From NCBI GenBank assembly GCA_001949185.1, contig BDGG01000012.1:1542973-1606972 (forward strand): a stretch of DNA of 64,000 bases, in the 5' to 3' direction. Of the stretch, positions 18,401-29,029 are shown piece after piece (positions within the stretch are counted from its first letter, which is position 1; each line of letters opens with the position of its first letter). The notes under the pieces were generated by a model. The model saw nothing but the letters and a program-made list of their open reading frames with translations. It did no database searches and was not told the origin of the DNA. Origin of the DNA: Ramazzottius varieornatus. Taxonomy: Eukaryota > Animalia > Tardigrada. Made by a program: the position numbers and the translations under genes.

Positions 18401-21400
18401 CCTCCATTGTTTAAACAATTGTCTAGAGCGGTTTACTCAATGCATCGAACTGGATTGTGCTCTGTCACGAGCGAATTAAGCAAAGTTTATCAACCGAACG
18501 AGCTCTCTCCATTTCATACATTTAGCTGAGCAATTAAGTTCCATAGTTTTTCCATCAAGCAATCTTATATGTAACCCATACCTACGTACACTTTACGCAC
18601 GCTTCCATCTTCGAAGTGCAAAATTACGACTACGGCAAAGTCACTCATTCGAGACCAACAATGAAATCACGGTATGGAACTCTCTATTTTACTCCCATTA
18701 ACTTCGAAACGATCGTCTTTCGAGATGATGATTAGAGACCTCTTGATTTCCGTACGTATATACAGTGCAGCGTGCGTTACACTTTGGATTGATTCTCACG
18801 AAATAAAGAACGCGAACAATCGTGGGCGGAAAAAGCAAACAAGTGCTGAATAAGCACTTTACGAGTTCTCCACAATTAACCACTGCAACGGATACGCCAA
18901 CAATCCGACACAAACATCTGAATACATTTCCATTTGTATTTTACGACAAGAACATCAATAGGCCATCGCAAAACTGAAGACCACTTTTTTCTGATTTCCT
19001 ATGAAATTTCAGATCATATGCTGATGGGCGTTGTCGTGTGTGACCATAACGAACAGCCACACCAATCAACCGGGAAAGATGATCGATGAACGATCACGTA
19101 ATTAGCGTTGTCAAAGGTGCGGCCAGTCACAACGGAGCTCCGTATGGAGCCTATTATCAAGTCCCGTGGACCATTGTCCATCCATAAAAATAGGCTCGTG
19201 CGTTAATGGGTTCCCAAACAGGAAGAAGGGAGTGCCTACAGAGTATCGCCCACACAATACAGCCTGCAGTCTAATATGACTTCTAACATGGACATTGCAT
19301 TGATTATGGGCACCTGTGCATAATACGGCGACGACGACGGAAAGGCAGGTGGTTGCACCTGCGGTATCCGGCCTAATTGGCCATTTTGTGAACTGCAGTA
19401 TGGATACGCAAAGAAGGTGGGAGGAAAGGCAGTATAGGACTGAGGTGCGCCAGCAGCGTCCAGTGGATAGGCGCTGCGCAGGTAACGTTGAGGGTTGCGG
19501 TAGTAATCCAAAGAAAGAGGGGCGCCGGGCGGCTGCACCAGATGATGGTGCTCTTGTCTTCGCATCTTTCTTTGCACAAGTCAGAAGAGAATCAAGAAAT
19601 CATCCCCTTTGAGAACTAATCCATAGCAGATGGAGAAAACAAGCGGGTAACAAATGCGCCTTCCTATCGGAGATGCGCCAGCATCCGGCGTAATATAGAA
19701 TTAAGTTTCTGCAGGCCGGTGCGCGGTTGTGCATGGGTGAAATCAGATTCAGGCGAAATACCGGACACATTAGATTCCCAAAAATAGCAGATAAGAAATT
19801 CAAGCGATTATCGGTGATGAAGAGAGATCAATTTGAAGCTTAAATCCGGGTGCGTCCGTTAGACAAAAATTACGGCGGATTAGAATTACAAGCCGGACAT
19901 TAATCCATCTCTGTTGCCTTTTCTCAATTGGACCATTACACGTCTCGTCATCGAAGGAGCTTGACCAAGTGATGCGCAGCGAACGTTTACAACAAACTCG
20001 GAGAGTGTCTGTGGGGTACCATCTTCACTACGGGCTCTTAATTAGCAATGCATGGACAAGTAAGGACCAATCCACCGACCACTCAAGTCCTCGAACAGCG
20101 ATATCTCGACGTCCGGCTTGGGCACATAAGACTTCGGAGTTATTGCACTGTACAATGAAGGACGGTTCCCCAAGATCGGCACACACACACATGCTAATGC
20201 GCTGACTTGTCCATCAGGTGGGCAGTTATTAGTACATGGTCGATAATGAAGAGTCACGAAATATCACAGTGCAATGTCCAACCATTGTTTTGGCCTGACC
20301 ACCAATGACACTAAATCGTCCACATTTCTCTGTGGTTAATCAATATCTACATTGGAAGGGTGTTAAAAGCCATCTTGGATTGTTTCCCTCGGCTACTCTA
20401 CAACCTACTTAGCCGCCATCAACAACCTCTGACAACAACTTCAGCTTCCCCAGCAGGTTCCACGATCAGTACCCCAAGTCACGGTTCGCCATACCAGCTC
20501 TCGAGACAAAAAAAGTGAAGACAAAGACGCAAGGAGCCAAAAGAAGGTGAAAATCCATACTAGAAGATGTATGAGAAACCTGCTTGAGCAAATTAGACGA
20601 TGCTACTGTCCCACTTCGCAACCCTTTCTCTCACAATCAAAACCATTCTTTTCATTTTTCTCACAGTTAAACGCCTCGATCAACTCCAAGAATGTCCTTT
20701 CAATTTTCATTCAAAATCCAAATTGACAACTTTCATCCGGAGGACCTTTTGCATTTCTAGCTGAGATCTTCTATGCTGATTATCCACAAAAAATACAGTA
20801 TGCGGAAAACTATTTTACAATATTGCAATTACGTGACATTACACTAACATTTTCGCTACAAAGGAGAAGAATACCAAAATATTTAAATAAATTAGCCACG
20901 TTCCACAGTCCAACTCTGCACAAAGCGACAACATCGATCTACCGTTATTAATCATTGTAACGCAGAGTGCCGCACTTCTTGCTTTTGCTTCTTGTAAGTA
21001 ATGTAACGAACATCGGGTAGCGATGCGTAAAGACTTTTTACACTTCGATCAGCATCATGTGTGCTGTCGCTTGGACGAATTCGACCAGACGGAAGTCATC
21101 AAGATTGGCAGCTCATTTACACCTGGCAAAAACCCGAGTGTGCCTTCGTTATCTCACCTCACGTATTCTTCGGTATGCTTCGCATATCGGCCAGTATCGT
21201 TTTCTTACGCCCGGTTCGTTCGTCAAGTCTCACACGAGACGATAAGACAAAAGTAACCAAGGAGAGTCTTTTTTGCCGAGGATTGTTGAGACATAAGGAC
21301 ACCAATGCAATCGAACCGGATCTGACTAGTTTAACCACAACAACACTCACACTTTCTTCCGACTTTGTCATCACCGTAGAGCATTTCCCTATTCCAGTGT

Positions 21401-23126
21401 AAAGTGCTTCGGAAATCAATTTTCGTCATCTAATCATCTGCCGACACCGGCAAGAAAAAAAGGCCTGAGTCTGACTGCCGTCTCATATGTCCAACCTGTT
21501 GGTTATTGCGTACATGTCGCGTAATCTCTCTGTCGATGAAATAACAAAAGACGTTCTTCTCGTTACTGACACACATACGCTATGCTGCAACCACACAAAA
21601 CATATTCGACCAACATCCCGAAGAACTCGAATTTCACATAACATCCTACCCGTGTCCACTTCAAAAAACTGGTCCCTTAACTAAATCGTATCATGTAAGC
21701 AACGAGTCTACCATGTCTTGAAAGATTTCCCTTCTACAATACATTCTCAAGTGGTCGCCTAGAATTTATTCATCGAAAGATGACTGTGTAAAGGAAGTGG
21801 GCAAAACAGGTCTGTATGCACACAAAAGTGTATTGTCCTACCGGACAATAAGGCAGGAAAGGGGGAGTGGGGAGCTCTTCAATGTCAGTTAGCCTTACCT
21901 GAGAAAGAACCGACTGCTGCGAAGGAGGATAGGTTTGGCGGTTGTGGGGGTTTATCCTGGCATAGCTCGAAGTGCTACCGTCACCAGAATACATGGCTTG
22001 TTGATGCGACGAAACGCTGCTAGCAACAAAGGGGTCAAATGGCCCTTTCAACCCGGCCACAGAATCGACTTGGCCCCAATACGGACCCGATGAAGCATGG
22101 GCAGCACGTCGAGACAGTGAGTCCAACTGCCTCGGTTCCAGCTGCACCTCGTGCTGCCGCTGGGAGAACCTCCTTCCAGACGCCGAAGACATGTTGGGCG
22201 AAACAGCTTCGTGAACCTGTAATTGTAACAAACACGCGTCAGTAATAACCCGAACCACATAACTGATCGGTTGGGTGAGCTTCGGGAGCAAACTGCCAAC
22301 TTTGTCACGCGCCTGCATACAACGAACCGCAGGGCGTCCGTGACAGACTGTATGCAGGTACAGGAAATAACGCGGTTATGTTCGCCGATCGTAACGTTTT
22401 CTTCCGCATCATTTCGTGGTAAAGTTTTCGAGTTACGATTCATTTACAAATCTTTGTTATGGTCTAAATTTTTACCGGTCTCAGCGTTTGTCCATTCGTA
22501 GGCGGAAGTGACGAAGGTCCTCCCCGGTATCTCTGGCTTTGTTGCGGTAACATCCGATGGGACATGGCCGGTGAAACGGGCATGTTGTACAGCTGTTGAG
22601 CGGACATGGGCAGTCGTGGGAGCGAGTTGTTGTGAGCCGCTTGTAACGACATGAGCTGATGCTGGCGCCGGAGGGACGCCAGGTTCCCCGGCATGGGCTG
22701 ATGCTGGTCTAACAGCATGGCCATTTGCTGCTGCTGCTGTAACAACGCCGCCGCCAAATGCATCTGCTGCTGTTGGTGAGCTCGCGCCAGGGAACTCGTC
22801 GAACCCGTGCCTGGATGATAGCCGAGAGGACCTAACCGAACAAGATTAGAACAAGAGAAATGTATGAAAATCCCATTTAGGACATCGTCAAACGACGTGA
22901 GCTTGCTTCCAAGTGGCGCACATTTCCAGCCAGTGACAATAAGAATATGCGGCGCTTGAGATAACAGGTTCATTTGCCGACGACCCATCTGAAAGTCCTT
23001 CGTACCTGGATGGTCATGGCGAGGTCGCTGTAGCGTTCCTTCGGGAGATGTAATTCTCTGTATTCGATCGTGTCTTGACTGGGGTTCCGGAACATCATCC
23101 CAGTCATCTGTTTCATCTTCGCCCAT
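12485..23126 (-). CDS. Uncharacterised type II membrane protein: Q/P/S-rich cytoplasmic tail, TM, SEA-like region, mucin stalk, 2 TSP1 and 2 LDLa repeats
   Basis: Phase-compatible exons at ~23006-23126, 22476-22831, 21899-22217 and 16910-17278 ([23 protein letters not shown]); S/T-rich exons 13876-15474; [11 protein letters not shown] and [14 protein letters not shown]1 motifs; [13 protein letters not shown] and [16 protein letters not shown]-stop at 12485. Linking the 5' exons to the TM exon and the SEA call are inferences. Confidence 0.72.
13257..13359. repeat. Family A inverted-motif cluster (ACCTGC(A/G)TAC)
   Basis: Motif copies at 13257(+), 13297(-) and 13339(+), plus a partial at 13353, in an intron. 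Confidence 0.55.
15598..15714. repeat. Family B palindromic element (intronic)
   Basis: GACGTGGG...GCGGCGCACGTTTCC-GTTGTTATCAGCT-GGAAGTGTGCGCCACTT...CCCACGTC. Confidence 0.75.
16351..16464. repeat. Family B palindromic element (intronic)
   Basis: Core 16381-16439: TTTCCCACGCGGCGCACGCTTTC-13nt-GGAAACGTGCGCCACTTGAGAAA; outer ends approximate. Confidence 0.7.
17351..17418. repeat. Family A hairpin element
   Basis: TCTCACCCACCTGCATACA / TGTATGTAGGTGGGTGAGA, 18/19 inverted match, 30-nt spacer. Confidence 0.75.
19314..19565 (-). CDS. Putative alternative first coding exon or cassette exon of the TSP1/LDLa membrane protein
   Basis: [26 protein letters not shown]...; Pro/Tyr-rich like the other cytoplasmic exons; phase-0 CAG|GTG donors (exon ending at 19359 or 19314) are compatible with the acceptor at 17278. 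Confidence 0.4.
22311..22359. repeat. Family A hairpin element
   Basis: GCCTGCATACA ... TGTATGCAGGT, ~29-nt spacer, intronic. Confidence 0.65.
22881..22984. repeat. Family B palindromic element (intronic)
   Basis: GACATCGTCAAACGA...CCAAGTGGCGCACATTTCC-AGCCAGTGACAAT-AAGAATATGCGGCGCTTGAG...TCATTTGCCGACGAC. Confidence 0.7.
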
Positions 23127-25420
23127 CCTTAGTCCGATGGACAAGATGGAAAGGCTTTGTTCTTTCAATCAAGGGAGACGAGTAATTCCGCAAGTTAGTC
23201 CATGAGGGTATAAGGCAAATAATAATATTAAATTAAAAGATCAGTGAATTGCGGATGGAGATGCAGCAAGGAACAAAAGTGGATGGACAGTCACTGGCTG
23301 CACTCTTGAGCGTCACATCAGCTTGTCCGATGCGATCTTCGGCTCAACGTTTCCCTCAGCAAACACGCGCGGTACCGTCTTAAACGACGATTATCCATCG
23401 GGGAAGGAAGCGGAACTTGCAGCTGCTGCTGTTCATCTGTCCAAGTGACAGCTTCGGACAGTACAGTTACTCGGCGCGCACTACTCGGACAGTCGAGAGA
23501 GGAAGGAGAGGACTTCTCAAAGAGGCACTCCTTCCCGTCCGTAAACAAATTAGATGGATATATTTCCGTATCTATAGTATAACATTGGAGGTAGGCAACG
23601 CTTTGGCAGTCACGTTGACCCCGTTCAAGCGGCCAGAAACTGTGTCTTGATCACAGTACCAGCTAAAAGACAGAAAGAGCTTCGTGAAGAAACGCTGTAA
23701 CGGTGTGTATGAATGACGGAAGAGCTTCACAGCCAAAGTGCCACTGTGCGAGTATCTGAGTCCGCCTTAAGGATATGGAGCACTAGGGCCTAGACATGGA
23801 GTCATAGTTGCAGGTATAGCTTCTTCAGTAAACTACATGTACCTACCATTATGTTTGTACAGGTATTGTCAATACCTTAACTATAGCATCCTCCGCCAAT
23901 TGAAGCTACGCAGGTGGACACGGCTATACCGCCCCTCTATTCTACTTCCCCCAAGACGTCAGATGAATCATCATTCACCTGCCTAATTATAAAGTCTGCC
24001 AGTGTGCCAGCTATTGATCATCGAAATCATGCGGTCTTTGCGGCAGACTCAAATTTGAAACAAAGGTAAAAATCATTAGCGGAAAACTGACTGTCAGACA
24101 ATGGCCGAAGCCGAGGTTTAAGCTGCCCTGCGGGAAGGTTTTGTGTAGTCTTCCTCACTTGCTTCAACTTCTTCCTTGATTCAAGTGGTAAGACTTATCT
24201 TTAAGGCGGACTGCTTCGCCAGCGGTCTTTCCTATAGAATTTGCGGTGCGATCTTACCTTAAGAGACGATTTTGCGCGGGATTTTTGCTGCTGCAGTGAC
24301 AAGACGCGGACGGAGTGATTGACTTTGGGTTCCTCGCCTCGGCACAAAACCTGAAATAAAAAACAACATGCATTATTGTCATTTGTCAAGCGAAGCCTCT
24401 TGAGGCTCCCAGCCAGGAAGTAGTCTGGGTGGTTCAAAATCATCAAAAAGAAACAGTGCGGACAATAAGCTGAAAGACAGGGTATCATTCAACCGCGACA
24501 TTCAGACATCATCACTGTTATTCTTAATATCTTCAAGAGGTTCACTAACATGCCAAGACCCGGTGCATCTTTCAGAAACAAGATGACGTCGAGATCACCC
24601 GGCGAACTCTGGACCATGTATCACTTTCAGCGTTCTCAAAAGAAGGGAATATTTCAAGGAGTCAGCCTTGCCGAGGAAAGCACTTGAGAGTTTCGCCACT
24701 GTCAAATCAGTTTTTCCTTTCTCGGCGCAAATCGTTTTATGCATCATCAATGGAGTATGCTTCCGGGCTATTGTCTGTGTCGAGAAAACCGCCAAGCACG
24801 TAGGTGAGCTAACACTAGAGCCCGTGAATGTCAAAGGCCGATAATATTCGTCTTTGTGGTTGTCTGCACATTTCGCCTGTTGGTCATGAAGCAAGATCAC
24901 TGCCAAGAATTCTCCTCCATAGTCTATACTCTTAAAACACACGTCAGCAATATTCTCTTGACTGTACTCTTCAGCGTCTCATGGACCATGAATCGTTCTA
25001 ATTACCGATCTCGTAACAATTCACATCGTGTAATTATAATTCTGGTTTTTCTGCGGGAAGTCATCTGACTCTTCAGCTTGTTTTGTCACGACCGCCTACA
25101 AGGAACTAAACAAATACCAACAGATAATTGGGTGTTTGTTTAAAATTAATTATCGACAAAAATGTGGGCTCGATATTATGACATATCGACGATGCACTTT
25201 ACGCGCTCAAACAAAAAACCAGAAAAGAACGTAACAGCGTTGTAACTAACTTCGAGTCGTCGCCGTGAAACCTGATAGCGGAAGACCTGTCCATTATCTA
25301 CGAGGTGATGAAAAAGCAAGAAAGATCTGCCGAACTGATGATGTGACGCAACCTTACAAACAGCGCGGCCATGATTACTTCATTCGAAAACCCCGCGACT
25401 TGGAAAAAAACTTTGGCCAG

Positions 25421-25550
25421 TCTTCACCAACCTGCATACAAACTACCACGATATGACGGTCCCGAGTATGCAGGTGGATGAATTTTTGTTCACTTTCATC
25501 CACCTGCATACTCGACGCTGTTGAACCACACAGATCATGAGTATGCAGGC
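25421..25550. repeat. Family A array of four alternating-orientation units
   Basis: Motifs at 25430(+), 25466(-), 25502(+) and 25541(-); perfect 20-bp inverted repeat 25463-25482/25495-25514. Confidence 0.8.
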
Positions 25551-27234
25551 TCTGGGACAGAGGGCTATGAGGAGGGAGAGCTGTCCTGGACCTGTTTAGT
25601 GAATAATGATCCAGTTAGTGATTCAAGACGTAGTAACATACCGGAAAAGAGTTATTGTTTCCGTGTAATTCCTCAGTGTGAGTAAATAGCATCAAATGCG
25701 GAAGAAGGCTTGGAGAGTTCCTCAATTAATATGCAAAATAACGCACTGTGCCGAATTTCCGCATAAACACAAAACAAACCTGGTCAATTGATACTGCAGG
25801 GTACTCCTCACACAAACACATGTAATAGTCAACACCGATGAATCTCAATCACAGAAATAGCAAGTAAGGTAAGTTCCGCAAACCGATACTCTGATGGAAC
25901 TACATGCTACCGTTCGACAAGTTAGTACCGTTAACCCGCGTAGCAAAACAAAACTAAAGACATAATTAGCTTGCTACTACACTTTCTCAAGGTCTTGTTT
26001 GGCGGTGTTCCAATCAACAGCGCAATTCATCTTACAATACAAACGTTGTCAGCAACTTTCATATTTCCCTGGCTAGTTCAACTCTGACCGTGATTACCCG
26101 TTCAAGAAAACTGTATAATTTTTCCAGAGCTGCTACAAAGTAATGAGCGGACGATGATGGTGGGGATTAATAGTAGCAGTTCGTCTGACGATACAACCCT
26201 CAAACGAGATCTATACAGCGAGTCATTTGTTGGTTACGGCCCTCTAAATCAACAAGTGGATGTTCTTTGAGCCTTTCTCACTGTCCTCGGGCTCTTGTCG
26301 CTGACGGAGACGTCTTTACGGTCCGGACTAATGAAGCACCTGCTCTGATCCACCGCCAATAACCCTCTTTGCTGCTTTCTCAATCAGCAACAACCGGAAA
26401 CTCCCGCACATCAGCTTTGGTTCGCTGAGCAGCGTTTTTGGCTCCTCACTCACTTCACTACAGCTGATCAACCACAGTCGACGAGAAAACCTCTGCCGAC
26501 CACTTTCGGGCCTTACGCACTTGATTTTCACGGTACTGTTCATCTAACAGAAAACGGTCAGCAAAGAGGGTTCTTGCCCGGACTCGCGTTTCTCGCATGT
26601 GAAACACTCAACCCCACTTTGGTCCAAGTAGTCGATAAAGTGCCTCCGACATGTAAAAGGAATAATTATGCATATAGGGCTGAATGTTCTACAATTAGTG
26701 ACGACCGACCTCAGTCTATTGTTGATTGAGTTCGCCACATCCATCGTCTCAACTCGCTTCTGTAGCCAGTCCGTACACTAAAGAAGTCGAGCTGGACACT
26801 TTTCGTGGTCCCCCTGCCTGCAGTACGTCTACTTCTGTGGCAAGACAACACATCGAAGTGCAGACTCGTGACAAATGTCAACAAAGCCTGTAGAAAAATC
26901 ACGATTTATCAATAGCAGGCAATAGGCCTTCGTCCAAGCCAACAGACAATGCAAACGTACTTGCCTCAAGACGAAAACAACAGTCGTTACTTCCCTACAG
27001 CCTAGTCCCGATTTTAGAGGCCGTAAAGACACGGCCTACGGGCTACAATTCTTGGAACTGCCGGCGCTCGCTAGCGGCTATCGGACGGGTGCAACCCTGA
27101 ATATACTTGCATTCAGTAAATTGCTTAATCTAAATTAACCAAGTTGTTACTTTTCCTCTACAGCATTTTTTTGCTGTGACTTTGAGACTTCATTCGCGAA
27201 ATACATTTTTGATACGGTACCTGGGTCCTCGAAT

Positions 27235-28373
27235 TTAGGATGGTTTTTTCAATTTCGCTGCAAACTGTCGGCCGAGGTCCGCGTCCAGTCCGTTGAGCGG
27301 CTCTAAACCTTCCATGACCGTGGTGACGTCAAGTACGTGTACGGGTGAGTTGACCAGCGGTCGTACCATCGGCGATAAAGTCAGCCGAGCGACAGCTCCC
27401 AAGTGATGGTCATCTATCACGAACTCGAAGAAGTCCCATCCATCTTGGTCTTGTCCTTCGATCCTGAGAGTGATGTGAGGAGCAGTCCCCGAACTGATAG
27501 AGACTGTTGGTGGAAGAGAGAAGTCCAGCCGAGAAACGCTGTAAGAGATACCCACGCCTATTGCTTTCACGTAACTTTCTTTCAAGCACCAAAGTCGGTA
27601 GAAGTTGCGGAGCTTCTCACGATCCGAAACCGGAGATTGAATGAAGATCCATTCCTACAATAACCCGCACAAACCAAAAGTCAACTATCAGTTGCTCGAT
27701 TTTCAAGAATCACAGATGCGATGTCGGGATACGAGATGCGCTAATAGCGCAGCACCTGCATACGCGTTAACCATTGCAGAAGGGGTAATGAAAGTCTGCA
27801 GGTACGTGCGCCATAGGCCCATGTGGTCCGTCGAAGTTATAGCAAACCTACCTTGTCGGTGAACTGAGACTTCATCAATTTAAAATATTCCGAAAGACTT
27901 TTCCTGTTCGGCGGGTCCGTTCGCATAATGTCGACACCGATTAGCTTGTCCCTTTGCGCTCCGAAAACAACGTAGTCGCCGCTGTGGGAGATGTTGAAGT
28001 TCCATGTATGGTCGGTCTGCAGAGGCTGACTTAGATAAGGCTTCCCCTTCTCCGTTCTGTCGAAGTGCAACGAATCGTTAGAGAGCTGAAGAGCCTACAA
28101 CCATGTAAAGTTATATAGAGCATATCATGCTTATGTGTTGCTCTGCAGATTTCTAACCCCTCGAAAGAACGAACGTAACAAAAGTCTTCCGGCAAGCGCG
28201 GCTTTGGCGTCTTTCTTGTAAACAAACCGGTGAACGCGGGTAACTTCGTCTGCCTCTACGCGACAACAAGCTTCAGTCCATTCGTCTTCCGAAGGATCCC
28301 AGGTTCCGAAGTTGGCCGCACACAGGAAGGTGTCGTCTGGATCCAGCGATGCGGTTAGCTTGGTCATATCCAT
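27235..28373 (-). CDS. AASDHPPT: 4'-phosphopantetheinyl transferase (L-aminoadipate-semialdehyde dehydrogenase PPTase)
   Basis: RFVYKKDAKAALAGRLLLR, RTEKGKPYL, FNISHSGDYVV, IGVDIM, WCLKESYVKAIGVG. Confidence 0.93.
27754..27803. repeat. Family A hairpin element in an AASDHPPT intron
   Basis: ACCTGCATAC-30nt-GTCTGCAGGT. Confidence 0.55.
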
Positions 28374-29029
28374 CGTGTTCCTGTAAGCAGTAAATACGCT
28401 CTCACGCGGGACAACGGTACGATAGAGACACATTAACACAACAGGAGCCTTCTTCCGGAGTATGCGTAAGCTCCCGATCATACTGTGTATTAGAGAGAAT
28501 AAAATCCACGTCCGTAGTGCGGAAAAGTGGAATAACCGCAGGATGTGGATCTCATGGGAAGTTGCAAAACTTGGAAGGCAGAAAACCACAACAAAGCTTG
28601 GTTGAACGCAATCAATCATATTCGCTCGATTGATTGCAACCGAAATAAGTCATCGCTAATGGACCACCAATTAACAAGTCGCAAACCCGGTAATGTAATG
28701 ACCAGTTAGTTCCGCCGGAAGTCACGGATTTGTAATTTTGACTATTTTGGTAGGCGTTGTTCTTTTTCCGCCGTTTTCTTCCTCGGAATCCTTGCCTTCG
28801 CAGTCTACTGAGTGTAGTGCCCTGGAGATTGTCGGATATATTCATGCGCATCTTTGATGGTCGTTGTTGGAGGTTTCTCTACTGGCGAGCCCGGGAGTCG
28901 TGATGATTAAACACTGACACATACGTATGCTAGAGTAAGCCTTTGACCTACCTTCTGGGTTAACGTTTTCCTCTCTTTCAGAATGTGGATGACTTGGTTG
29001 GAGCTTGCTTCCGGACAGGCATAAAGGAG

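Noticed and set aside
25421-25550. CRISPR array interpretation of the repeat-spacer pattern
   Set aside because: Repeats alternate in orientation and are short, the context is eukaryotic, and there are no cas genes
17487-27032. Many short ORFs in the large intron and upstream region, and antisense ORFs over real exons throughout the window
   Set aside because: No recognisable domains; mostly non-ATG starts or shadows of coding exons
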